A stretch of 64,000 nucleotides of DNA, from IMG/VR virus record IMGVR_UViG_3300045988_173694, one strand, 5' to 3'. The notes under the pieces are model-generated. The model made no database searches. It saw nothing but the letters and a program-made list of their open reading frames with translations, and was not told where the DNA came from. The position numbers were made by a program, and so were the translations under genes. This document shows positions 35,824 to 44,471 of this stretch, in pieces (within the stretch, counting starts at the first letter, position 1; the number at the start of each line of letters is the position of its first letter). The DNA is from a virus.

Positions 35824-36473
35824 TTTCTGATTTCTATTTTAGCGTTATCGTATAAATCTATGAGGCGATTGGTGAAGGTATCAATGGTTGCCGTACCAAA
35901 AGCATTGATTTTCTGATGCCCATGGTCGTGAAGGGTGCCATCGGTGATGAAGACTACACTCTGGTCGTAGCTTTCTGCCTCGTTTCCCGTTACCAGGTGG
36001 GCATAGTTTCGGGCGATGCCGTAACCTGCCTTGATGGTTGCCTTGCTGCCATCCAGGAGTTCTACCTTGCAGCCTTCGTTCATCACGAGGGCGGTAGCCG
36101 CATTATGGAGGATAACGTGTGCCTTGCCTAAGACGTATATCTTTCGGGAGGAGTAGAGGTGGATTTCCTCGTCTGTATCGCCTACAAGGACGGTACCGGT
36201 GGGCGAATCTTCATTATAGAAAATACCGCCCTTGTTAATATCTGATTTAAACTCCGGATATACGGCTTTGAAGGCATCGATTACCTGCTGCGGTACCTCG
36301 GTGATTAATCCATGCCAGTATTTACGCCATGCCTCGCACATATCTGGAATGCTCTGTGTGCTTTTGAAGGCATGCTGGGATTCCTGGCAGTTGCCGCTCT
36401 GGGCGAGGATATTGACGCAAAGGGTCTTGAAACGCTGCGTGCGCTGTTCTGGGGTTTCTTTATTCTTTGCCAT
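35820..36473 (-). CDS. Hypothetical structural-module protein
   Basis: 217-aa ORF, first gene after the promoter at 36500-36538. Confidence 0.55.
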   Translation of the reverse strand: MAKNKETPEQRTQRFKTLCVNILAQSGNCQESQHAFKSTQSIPDMCEAWRKYWHGLITEVPQQVIDAFKAVYPEFKSDINKGGIFYNEDSPTGTVLVGDTDEEIHLYSSRKIYVLGKAHVILHNAATALVMNEGCKVELLDGSKATIKAGYGIARNYAHLVTGNEAESYDQSVVFITDGTLHDHGHQKINAFGTATIDTFTNRLIDLYDNAKIEIRK

Positions 36474-36499
36474 ATTGCTTTTCTTCTTTGTTTATAGGG

Positions 36500-36538
36500 C
36501 AAAGATAGGAGGTTTTTTCTTATTAGGGGGGACATAAA
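36500..36538 (-). promoter_or_regulatory. P-late family promoter
   Basis: GGCAAAGATA...GGGGGGACATAAA at the same spacing as the other family members. Confidence 0.5.
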
Positions 36539-36539
36539 A

Positions 36540-36630
36540 ATGTTGAATGTTGAGTGTTGAATGTTAAATTAGCCTAGCGGACGCAAGGGCGTATGCCTAA
36601 TTCAACATTCAACACTCAACATTCAACATT
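36540..36630. repeat. HAP copy 6
   Basis: Arms plus core AGCCTAGCGGACGCAAGGGCGTATGCCTAA. Confidence 0.9.
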
Positions 36631-36640
36631 ACGCATAGCG

Positions 36641-37753
36641 CTACGCTTCGGGATCCTCTTTGGCTTCTTCTATAGTTTTGGTGAGAATAGCTTCATAGCC
36701 GGAAAGCTCCTCTTCGGTCACGATGTCAGAATAATCCTGGCGAAGTTGATCTATACGCTCCTTGATGCCTTTCACTCTCGTCTGGGTAGATGGCTTATCC
36801 TTGCGAAGGATATACTTAATGCGAGCATCGGCTTCTGCCTTGTGTTTAGCGGCTGCATCACGAGCTGCCTTTACTTCTGGGCGGTCGTTGGCAATCTTCT
36901 CGGCTACCTGCTCGGCAAAATGAGGGTCACGGGATTGCGCCTTCTCGTAGAAAGGCTTAAACTGAGTGCGGAGAGTCTGAGGATCCACAGTAAAGGTCTT
37001 CTTTACATAGGCGATATATTCAGGGTCTCCGGTCTTCTCGCTCAGTCGCAGATAGCACTCGCCCATCTCTCTATCTACAGCCTTAAAGATTTCTGGAAGA
37101 ATATCGCTTCCGATTTCTACGGCTCTTGTGGCGAGAGCGGCAATCTCATCCTCGGTGTAGACGGCACTTTTGCCTTGAGAGATGGCTTTCTCGTTGGCTT
37201 CAGCCCTGGTCTTAGCCTGTTCTGCCTTGCTTGCCATTTCGCTACGGAGGTCACGCACGGTGTTCACCTGCTCCTGAAGGGCGGTAGAGAGGAACGGACG
37301 CAACTGCATCAGGTTGGGCATGGTGGCAGCGATACTTTCGCCGTTAGGGTTGGCTACGATACCATTATAGGTAAGCGGCTGCAGGGTGGTGTCCGGTTTC
37401 AGCATAGGGAAGAGAGACTGCTTCGCCTCTTCCAGGGCTTTCTTTTTCTGAAGTTCGGCATACTCAGCCTGTTCCTGCTTGGTAGGTCGGCCAACACGTC
37501 GCTTGTCGGTAGCAGATGATGCAGCGTTGGCTTGAGAGTTGCTGTAGCTGTTCAGATAGGCTATCATCTGTCGGGTACGGCGATGATAATCTTTAAACTT
37601 GCGTGAGTTCTCGATAAACGAGTGTGCATTACTTGCACCTTCCAGGAGAGACAATCCCTGCTCATAAGCATCCTTCTGTTCCTGGGTAAGCATTCTTGCA
37701 CCAATGGCAGGTTTCAAAATGTTGATGATTTCCTGTAATGATAAATTTTCCAT
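36641..37753 (-). CDS. Hypothetical virion-module protein (K/E/A-rich)
   Basis: 370-aa ORF bracketed by HAP elements. Confidence 0.55.
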   Translation of the reverse strand: MENLSLQEIINILKPAIGARMLTQEQKDAYEQGLSLLEGASNAHSFIENSRKFKDYHRRTRQMIAYLNSYSNSQANAASSATDKRRVGRPTKQEQAEYAELQKKKALEEAKQSLFPMLKPDTTLQPLTYNGIVANPNGESIAATMPNLMQLRPFLSTALQEQVNTVRDLRSEMASKAEQAKTRAEANEKAISQGKSAVYTEDEIAALATRAVEIGSDILPEIFKAVDREMGECYLRLSEKTGDPEYIAYVKKTFTVDPQTLRTQFKPFYEKAQSRDPHFAEQVAEKIANDRPEVKAARDAAAKHKAEADARIKYILRKDKPSTQTRVKGIKERIDQLRQDYSDIVTEEELSGYEAILTKTIEEAKEDPEA

Positions 37754-37800
37754 AAATCCTTGTTTTTGTTGTTTATTTGAAAATTAAGAATAGTTTTTTT

Positions 37801-37890
37801 AATGTTGATTGTTGAATGTTGAATGTTGAATTGCCTCACGGACTCGATGGCGTACGCCTAATTCAACATTCAACACTCAACATTCAACAC
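37801..37890. repeat. HAP copy 7
   Basis: Arms plus core TTGCCTCACGGACTCGATGGCGTACGCCTAA. Confidence 0.9.
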
Positions 37891-39002
37891 AAGATAGGGG
37901 TGACGAAGATACGAGAACCTTTTTGGTTGTTGTCGTAACCTTCGCTGCCGTCCCTGCTATCCGATGATGAAGCGCTGGAGGCGTTACTCGTTGATGATGA
38001 AGGGGTGCTGCCTTCTGCAGCGCTATCGGCTTTGGCTGCATCGAGTTTCGCTTGCGCTTCGGCTTCCTCCTTCTTCAGCAACCGATGAATGCTTTCCCTT
38101 ACGGTGATGGCATCGTTATGCGCCGTGGATCGGGTCAACTTATCGAAGTTGATAACTGATGTACGCTCCTTGAGATAGGCGGCTACAAGCTGACGTGCCT
38201 TCTTCAGCATCTTGTCGTTCTCATCGGCTTGCAGGAGACGAGGTATGAAATCTTCGCCAAATGCTTCTTCCAGGTATTCGCTCTGAATGAAAAGCATATC
38301 GGGGATGAGACGCACAAACTTATCTCTGTTGCCGTAAATATCGAGATACGGCTGCAAAGACTCGCAGGTAGGGAAAAGCAGATCTCGATGGTAGTAATAG
38401 TACTTACTCTCCTGCCAAAGGGTTACGATTTCCTCTATCGCTTCATGCCGTTTCTTCTCGGCTTCGGCTGCATCATCTTTACCGCTATCGGTTCCTTCAT
38501 CTGTTCCTTCTGTATCATCGCCCGCTGCCTCGATAGGCATAGGAGTATTCACTTCCTTTGCCCATCCCTCCAAGAGGGAAAGCAGGTTATTGAGCGAGGT
38601 CATGGCCGACTGGCGGTAGCTTTCCTTGCCCTGCGCTATCTGCTTGTCGGTGGCTACGGCATAGTCGTTGCTGGAGGCTACGTTGATACCGGAGCCATTC
38701 ACAGAAAGTGCCTGCTTCTCGATGTTCTGTGCCATCGCATCATTCACAATCATGCGCTGCGCATAAAGCAGAAGCTCATTCCATGGGTCGTTGACGTAGG
38801 TACCATCACCGACAGCATCGCAGAAGACTGAGGGTTCTATGCTCGCATACTGCTTGCTGAGACGGTCGTATAGAGATGCTCCCAGGCGAGGTTTCAAAAA
38901 GTCCTTTTCGCTATTGTCGAGCATACCCTGCAGGTTGGCTACATCGTCCACGGCATTGCTGGGGAGGTGAAGCCTGAGTTCTTGATTCGTGAAGAGTATC
39001 AT
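37884..39002 (-). CDS. Hypothetical virion-module protein
   Basis: 372-aa ORF with a Ser-rich C-terminus. Confidence 0.55.
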   Translation of the reverse strand: MILFTNQELRLHLPSNAVDDVANLQGMLDNSEKDFLKPRLGASLYDRLSKQYASIEPSVFCDAVGDGTYVNDPWNELLLYAQRMIVNDAMAQNIEKQALSVNGSGINVASSNDYAVATDKQIAQGKESYRQSAMTSLNNLLSLLEGWAKEVNTPMPIEAAGDDTEGTDEGTDSGKDDAAEAEKKRHEAIEEIVTLWQESKYYYYHRDLLFPTCESLQPYLDIYGNRDKFVRLIPDMLFIQSEYLEEAFGEDFIPRLLQADENDKMLKKARQLVAAYLKERTSVINFDKLTRSTAHNDAITVRESIHRLLKKEEAEAQAKLDAAKADSAAEGSTPSSSTSNASSASSSDSRDGSEGYDNNQKGSRIFVTPILC

Positions 39003-39010
39003 ATCTTTTT

Positions 39011-39134
39011 AATGTTGAGTGTTGAATGTTGAATGTTTATTTTAATGTTGATTGTTGAATGTTGAATGTTGAATTGCCTCACGGACTCGATGGCGTATGC
39101 CTAATTCAACATTCAACACTCAAAATTCAACATT
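39011..39134. repeat. HAP copy 8 (with an extra left arm)
   Basis: Additional arm at 39011-39037, then the full element. Confidence 0.9.
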
Positions 39135-40953
39135 ATTCCTGCCCCTGTTTCGCCACTCCGGTCTTCGAGTTATCGAGGGTAGTCAATACCTCTCTATCTA
39201 TCTGCCATACCAGATGCTCGTCCCAATCGTTGAAGCGGCTCAAAACTTCCAGTGGGCGTATCATCAACTGCTGCAATGGAGCAAACTGGATTTGCTTCAC
39301 CAGGAAACGCTCTCTCAGGTCGGTACCGCCCGATGATGCTGTATCGCCAGGAGTATTACCGATGAGCTTTGCATCAAGACCCATGGCAAAGAAGATGATG
39401 CTGCTTATTTCCTGCAACTCGGTTTTGTCGGCATTCGCCTGATCATTTGCCTTGGTTTCGATTTCCACGATTTCCCAAGCTTTGTGCTCTTTCCCATCGC
39501 TGCCCGTGAAGGCAGAAGAGATGAGCGCCTGACCTGCATTATCGGGGTTAGAGAGCCAGGTGTTGATAGAGGTAAAGATTTCGTTCTGAATCTCGCCCTG
39601 GGTTTTCTTTTTCTTCTCACCCTGCTGCTGATAGAGCCTGCTGATATAGTCCTGATGGATATAGATAACTCTACCGATGATGTTGCTGTTGCGCTTTCGG
39701 GTAAGGCGGTCATCTACGATGGTGAAGGCATACTCGAAGATGCTGCCGGCAAAGATAGAGTGCCAAAGGGCATCGGCATAGTAGGGGCCGCCGAAATCTC
39801 TTGGCGACATGATGAAGCGGGTAGGGCGTTTCTTGCGGCTTACGTTCTTCTGACGTGCCTCGCGTATCTTGCGCTGCAAATCCTTCACGGCTGATGTGGT
39901 AGGGAGATAAGGGATAGCGGCTATCTTGCGGTCTTCCTCTTTCTGCACACCGACGTATTGGGTTGGGTCGAGCCATTGGTTGCTGACGTAGGCATAGTTG
40001 ATGCGGTAGTTTTCGTCCATGCGCTCCAGTCGGGTAGTGAAGATGCTGCGGTGCTTCAGACCGATCACCTTCGGAGTCCACTGTGCAGTAGGAACGGCCT
40101 TGCCGTTCTCGTCGAGGGAACGCTGATTGAGCTGGAGCTCTACAAAGCATTGTGACATCAGAGCCATATCTCCTGCCAGGTCGAGGAAGGTCTGCATAAG
40201 ATCGTTGTTTTCCAGGAAATCACGAAGCTGGGCATTGGTTTCTTCCCATTTGCGGAGAGCTTCTTTCAGAGATTTCATCTCCTCGCTTTCCCCTTCATCG
40301 GAGGATGAGGAAACCTGCGATGAAATCGCAGGGAACGGTGACTCCTCCTGCTGAGACTGCCCGTTCTGGTTCTGCTGCTCGTTCTGGCGCTTGGCTTCGG
40401 CGGCTGCCTCTTCCTTGGCTTTCAGGTCAGCTATCTGACCTCGGAGCAGGACTCCTGCGCTCTCGTAAGGGATATATTTTTCTGTGATGTTACCGCCAAC
40501 GTACTGGGTGTAGTGATACTTGGCTGCGGGACCGCGACCTACCAGTATCTTCTTGATGTAATCTACTCCTGCTGCGGTAAAAGGCGACATGCGGGAGAGC
40601 AGCCAGATAAGATTTGGCAGTCTGTTGGCCATACCCCATTCCATAAAGCCTAAGCCTTCGGTACCTACGCCTTTTGGTTTGCCCAGGTTCTCGCCGCCAC
40701 TTGATGCAAAGATAGAGGAGACTTGCTGACGTGCTGCAGAACCGCTTGCGTTGCCACCGCTTGCCGACATACCGGCTGTGGTAAGGAGCATGCTGTGGAC
40801 GTAGTCGTTCCAGGAGAAGACTTTACCGCCGCCATTTTTAAGCGGTGTAAAGGCATCCGGGCGAACGGCTACATAGCCTGCATCTTTCAGTTCCTCACTA
40901 CGATTTTGGAGCTGCTGCAGGTTGGTTACTCTGTTTTTGTTTTTGCTTGCCAT
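39133..40953 (-). CDS. Large virion protein, possibly portal
   Basis: 606 aa. The size and an internal acidic/Q-rich insert are compatible with a portal, but no diagnostic motif was recognised by eye. Confidence 0.35.
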   Translation of the reverse strand: MASKNKNRVTNLQQLQNRSEELKDAGYVAVRPDAFTPLKNGGGKVFSWNDYVHSMLLTTAGMSASGGNASGSAARQQVSSIFASSGGENLGKPKGVGTEGLGFMEWGMANRLPNLIWLLSRMSPFTAAGVDYIKKILVGRGPAAKYHYTQYVGGNITEKYIPYESAGVLLRGQIADLKAKEEAAAEAKRQNEQQNQNGQSQQEESPFPAISSQVSSSSDEGESEEMKSLKEALRKWEETNAQLRDFLENNDLMQTFLDLAGDMALMSQCFVELQLNQRSLDENGKAVPTAQWTPKVIGLKHRSIFTTRLERMDENYRINYAYVSNQWLDPTQYVGVQKEEDRKIAAIPYLPTTSAVKDLQRKIREARQKNVSRKKRPTRFIMSPRDFGGPYYADALWHSIFAGSIFEYAFTIVDDRLTRKRNSNIIGRVIYIHQDYISRLYQQQGEKKKKTQGEIQNEIFTSINTWLSNPDNAGQALISSAFTGSDGKEHKAWEIVEIETKANDQANADKTELQEISSIIFFAMGLDAKLIGNTPGDTASSGGTDLRERFLVKQIQFAPLQQLMIRPLEVLSRFNDWDEHLVWQIDREVLTTLDNSKTGVAKQGQE

Positions 40954-41101
40954 TTTGCGTTTCTTTTTTTATATGTTATCCTGAATGTAATGGAAGAGAG
41001 AAGGGCGGCGATATACGCGCGCCCGCTTTTCTCTTTTTCCGAGTGTAAAATTAGGGCTTTTTATGGTTTTAGCGGGGACAAAGAGAGATTGGGACCAGCG
41101 A

Positions 41102-41132
41102 TAGAATCGCTGGGAACGGAGGCTAGAGGGGG
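41102..41132. repeat. SL element copy C
   Basis: GGACCAGCGATAGAATCGCTGGGAACGGAGG, preceded by GGGGACAAAG. Confidence 0.85.
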
Positions 41133-41308
41133 ATAAGGACATAGGCTACATTACCGGAAATGACGGAATAAGCTGGATAGGATGGGGTATTGATTACCAT
41201 TTCGCTTACGCCTCGCTTATCGGACACATCGCGGTAAAAGCGGATAGTATCATCCTCTCTCCACTTCATTCTTATTAAGTCCTTTCTGTTGCTTCTTTTT
41301 CTACTCAT
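41123..41308 (-). CDS. Small hypothetical protein
   Basis: 61-aa ORF. Its start overlaps the preceding frame's stop (TATGAGTAG). Confidence 0.4.
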   Translation of the reverse strand: MSRKRSNRKDLIRMKWREDDTIRFYRDVSDKRGVSEMVINTPSYPAYSVISGNVAYVLIPL

Positions 41309-41361
41309 AATTAATGATGATCATAAAATCCTTGGCGATGGAGGAGATGGCGTTACTGATA

Positions 41362-41370
41362 CCCCCCCCC
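41362..41370. repeat. C9/G9 homopolymer tract
   Basis: Nine consecutive C on the plus strand, inside a broken micro-ORF. Confidence 0.95.
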
Positions 41371-41441
41371 GATTTCTAACCTTTGGGAGTGAGGATTGGA
41401 ATACCAATCTCCATCTGCTCTGCCTCTGCTTGCGCAGGTTC

Positions 41442-41624
41442 TTATTCGTATTGCTGCCATAAAAGATTATCTTTTGTTACGGTGGAAATGCAGTTACTCC
41501 AGGGGGATGGGCTTGGACGATGGTATTTATCCTGATAACGGCAACCGCCTCTGTCGCCGTGTATCTTACGATATGCCTTCGCTTCCTCGGTTCGATAGTG
41601 GGTAATAATTGCTTGCCTAATCAT
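41442..41624 (-). CDS. Small protein, paralog of 41792..41968
   Basis: MIRQAIITHYRTEEAKAYRK...TKDNLLWQQYE compared with MIKILAIHEARTEHAKEVRK...TKDNLLAFRYE. Confidence 0.4.
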   Translation of the reverse strand: MIRQAIITHYRTEEAKAYRKIHGDRGGCRYQDKYHRPSPSPWSNCISTVTKDNLLWQQYE

Positions 41625-41791
41625 ACTCCACAAATATCTTGGGCTGAAGTCCACCACCCCCACATGTATTACAAGCAGGTGCTATGCCTTTTACAGCATA
41701 CACTCGTTTTTCCAGCTGGAAACGCTTATCAAACGGAGGCGTATTCAGCATACCTACTACTATCGTATGTATTTCCGTTCATAACTTTTCT

Positions 41792-41968
41792 TTATTCATA
41801 TCTGAAGGCAAGAAGATTATCTTTTGTATGGAAGGTACCGATACACTGCATCAGGAAGCTGTCACGAAAGAAGATGGCTTTATCACGATAATCGTTGGTG
41901 CCAGTCTGCTTGCGTACTTCCTTGGCGTGCTCTGTTCTTGCCTCGTGAATGGCTAATATCTTAATCAT
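41792..41968 (-). CDS. Small protein (58 aa), paralog of 41442..41624
   Basis: Hand-translated. Its start overlaps the upstream stop (ATGATTAA). Confidence 0.4.
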   Translation of the reverse strand: MIKILAIHEARTEHAKEVRKQTGTNDYRDKAIFFRDSFLMQCIGTFHTKDNLLAFRYE

Positions 41969-42062
41969 ATTCTATTAATACGAAAGGTGGCATATCATTA
42001 GGATCATCCTCTTTCTCTTCAGAAGGAGGAATGCTGCCTTTATCTATTATAACCTTATTCAT
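41961..42062 (-). CDS. Micro-ORF (33 aa)
   Basis: MNKVIIDKGSIPPSEEKEDDPNDMPPFVLIEYD. Translationally coupled at both ends. Confidence 0.3.
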   Translation of the reverse strand: MNKVIIDKGSIPPSEEKEDDPNDMPPFVLIEYD

Positions 42063-42204
42063 ACTCTAATAATATTTTCGGTTTATCTACATCGTTCCCT
42101 TTGCCACCACCAGTAAGGCAAAGGGCAATACCTTTCGGGTGCACGATAATGCCATTTTGGGATGGACTATAAGAGCCGAGGATGATAATGCGATTACTAT
42201 TCAT
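42055..42204 (-). CDS. C5-methyltransferase TRD-end-like fragment (49 aa)
   Basis: SQNGIIVHPKGIALCLTGGGKG resembles the conserved segment preceding motif IX in C5 MTases (M.HhaI GERIYSTRGIAITLSAYGGG). Confidence 0.4.
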   Translation of the reverse strand: MNSNRIIILGSYSPSQNGIIVHPKGIALCLTGGGKGNDVDKPKILLEYE

Positions 42205-42208
42205 AGTT

Positions 42209-42382
42209 CTATATTTCTACAATTACAGCACCCTCACGATTACACCTACGTTTTAAACCAGGAAGAATATCGGATAATGCCAGCTTATGATAATGAGTGC
42301 AGACCGGACAGTGAAAGCAATCGTTATCTACGTTTATCGGCATTAAATGATGTATGCTTAATGAAAATAAACCTTTAATCAT
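42209..42382 (-). CDS. Micro-ORF (57 aa) with CxxCxxC
   Basis: Hand-translated. Contains DCFHCPVCTHYH. Confidence 0.35.
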   Translation of the reverse strand: MIKGLFSLSIHHLMPINVDNDCFHCPVCTHYHKLALSDILPGLKRRCNREGAVIVEI

Positions 42383-42524
42383 ATCTTACTATTACAGCCG
42401 TTGCAGCCCTACCGCCTGTAGCCTTCAGAAAGTTTACTATCGAGGTTCGCTGATACTGTGATTTCAAACATCTGCTTACTACAAGATAGATAGGGTCCGG
42501 GTTTAAAGAACTTACCTTTATCAT
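42375..42524 (-). CDS. Micro-ORF (49 aa)
   Basis: ATGA overlap with the zinc-ribbon ORF upstream and a TATGATTAA overlap downstream. Confidence 0.35.
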   Translation of the reverse strand: MIKVSSLNPDPIYLVVSRCLKSQYQRTSIVNFLKATGGRAATAVIVRYD

Positions 42525-42712
42525 TGCCAAAATGGATATTGGGGTTTATCTTCTTCCAAAGGTTCAAAAACCTCTAAGTCTGCACCGCAATTCGGACAAT
42601 GATAAAGATACTTATAACCATTATCTCCATACTCTTCATTACCAACGAAATTAAGAGATGCAGAGCACTGAGTGCATTTCGGCATCTTATTGCGAATCTT
42701 TTTCTTGCTCAT
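42521..42712 (-). CDS. Zinc-ribbon protein
   Basis: 63 aa. CTQC...CPNC. Confidence 0.5.
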   Translation of the reverse strand: MSKKKIRNKMPKCTQCSASLNFVGNEEYGDNGYKYLYHCPNCGADLEVFEPLEEDKPQYPFWQ

Positions 42713-44010
42713 TTCTTCTCCAAAAACTGATGATACATACTTTCCAACTTAGAATTTGCGAACTTGCCGTTCTCTTTCCAGCCATTGAACAGCGGCATGA
42801 TGATGTCCTCGTGAGCAGAAGAAATCTTCTCCTGCAGTTCTTTTGGAGTGCAATTCCAAAGATGCGCCTCTTCTATATAAAGAGTGAGGATGGCTTTCAA
42901 TGCCATTGCATTCTCGTGGCTCGGCTCTATCTCGAACTGATGGAAGACGCAGGTGTCTTTATCGTTTGCCTGGAGGAACTTGCTGACGGCTTCATCTTTC
43001 AGGAAGAACCTTGTATCTACTTCTTCCTGCAACACATCTTCCAGCTTTCTTTTCAGCGGAACTGGGTCGGGAAACTGGTAATCGAAGGCTACATCTTTTC
43101 TCATTGAGAGGCAGAAAACTCGGTCGCGGTTCTGCGGAACACCATAGTCTTTGGCATTGAGTCTTGCCCATCGGCTTACGTAGCCGAGAGAAGAAAGTTT
43201 ATCAAGCCACTTCAGAAAATCTGGCATAAACTTTTCGCTTACCAGGGCTGCCACATTCTCTTGAAGCAGATACTTCGGATGCAACACTTCCACGGCATCG
43301 GCTACTCGCCACAATAATGCCGAACGGGTATCGGAACCTTCCTTCAAGCCCATCTGCTTGCCGGCTTGCGATATATCCTGACAAGGTGAAGAATAGGTAA
43401 AAAGGTCGATTTCTTGCCCCCCCACATTATTCTTTACTTGCTGCCAGTCGATTTTAGTTATATCGCCCAAGGCTTTGTCAGCAAACTGCGGAAAGATGAG
43501 GTTGTGCATCTGACAGGCATACTTATCTATATCGCTCCAGCCTACGCACGTCCAGCGGAAATCAGGGTGCTGCTGGGCGAGAACATCGGCTGCCATCAAC
43601 TGCGAGTCGTAACCGGAGAAGGTGGTGAGGATAAGTTTCTCACCATGGTTCTTATCTACCGGATAGGTAGGGAGTTGGTCTTCTGGGAAGAAATCGGCAA
43701 AGAATGAGGTCTGTGCCTCACGCTTTGGCTCTTTCGGATACCAGAGTTGCTGATAGATGGCTGCGAGCACATCTACCACGATAGAATTTCCAGCTTGCTT
43801 GTATTGCTGACTAGCCGATACCGCCATATCCTCTGCCTTTCCCTTGCTCTTATAGCCAGCTACTCGCTCGGCTGCCTGGGCATTGGTACTCTGCATCATG
43901 CGGATAACGTCATCACGCACACCCATCAATCTGAAACACTCGAAAGGTGTCAGCTTTCGGATGGCATAAGACTTAATGGTCTTATCCTTGAAATTGAATT
44001 TTGTTATCAT
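42709..44010 (-). CDS. Circularly permuted DNA cytosine-5 methyltransferase
   Basis: Motif order IX (RKLTPFECFRLMG), X (GNSIVV), then I (LTTFSGYDS), IV (SSPCQDIS), VI (LLQENV), VIII (QNRDRVF), then about 130 aa of C-terminus. Confidence 0.75.
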   Translation of the reverse strand: MITKFNFKDKTIKSYAIRKLTPFECFRLMGVRDDVIRMMQSTNAQAAERVAGYKSKGKAEDMAVSASQQYKQAGNSIVVDVLAAIYQQLWYPKEPKREAQTSFFADFFPEDQLPTYPVDKNHGEKLILTTFSGYDSQLMAADVLAQQHPDFRWTCVGWSDIDKYACQMHNLIFPQFADKALGDITKIDWQQVKNNVGGQEIDLFTYSSPCQDISQAGKQMGLKEGSDTRSALLWRVADAVEVLHPKYLLQENVAALVSEKFMPDFLKWLDKLSSLGYVSRWARLNAKDYGVPQNRDRVFCLSMRKDVAFDYQFPDPVPLKRKLEDVLQEEVDTRFFLKDEAVSKFLQANDKDTCVFHQFEIEPSHENAMALKAILTLYIEEAHLWNCTPKELQEKISSAHEDIIMPLFNGWKENGKFANSKLESMYHQFLEKK

Positions 44011-44040
44011 CTTGTTTTTGCTCTATAAATCGTTTATTTT

Positions 44041-44130
44041 AAAGCTTTTGCCCTTACAGGGCGACTTGCTGATTGCTATGATTACCCAGGGCGCTGCCCT
44101 GGGCTAGGAGCTTCTGCCCCTTCAGGGCGT
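44041..44130. repeat. THE copy 2
   Basis: AAAGCTTTTGCCCTTACAGGGCG...CCCAGGGCGCTGCCCTGGGCTAGGAGCTTCTGCCCCTTCAGGGCGT. Confidence 0.85.
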
Positions 44131-44144
44131 ATTGTTGCTACGGG

Positions 44145-44471
44145 TTATAATTCTACAAACACAAACGGGTTGCTGCTTGCAGCCGTGAGTGCATTTACCA
44201 ATTTACCATCCCCAACGGTGCGGCTACGTCTTAATGCGGAGGTAGGGTAATTCAAATCGGCTGCACCTGGTGCAGGACAATCGGTATAACCTAACTCTGT
44301 TGCCTGACGGATGCGCAGAAAGGTCTTACCTTCTATATCCACGATTTCAAGAAACGGACGGTCAGAGGTGGAGTATATCCGATAGAGAGAACCATCGGGA
44401 TAAAAACCATACCGCTTTCCGGTCTTGATAATCGTGCCTCGCTTGTATTGAGGTTGATTTTTATTATTCAT
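44145..44471 (-). CDS. Small protein with MTase TRD-like C-terminal segment
   Basis: 108 aa. PTSALRRSRTVGDGKLVNALTAASSN resembles the RRGRV...TLT segments of C5-MTase target-recognition domains. Confidence 0.45.
   Translation of the reverse strand: MNNKNQPQYKRGTIIKTGKRYGFYPDGSLYRIYSTSDRPFLEIVDIEGKTFLRIRQATELGYTDCPAPGAADLNYPTSALRRSRTVGDGKLVNALTAASSNPFVFVEL

Noticed and set aside
36593-37519. 308-aa plus-strand ORF
   Set aside because: It is antisense to the better-supported 370-aa minus-strand gene in a strictly unidirectional operon, and its N-terminus (MPNSTFNTQHSTL) is encoded by a HAP arm. The same reasoning applies to the long antisense ORFs 21333..22025, 28538..29239, 33718..34416, 34681..35691, 38229..38831, 44939..45760 and 62311..63069.
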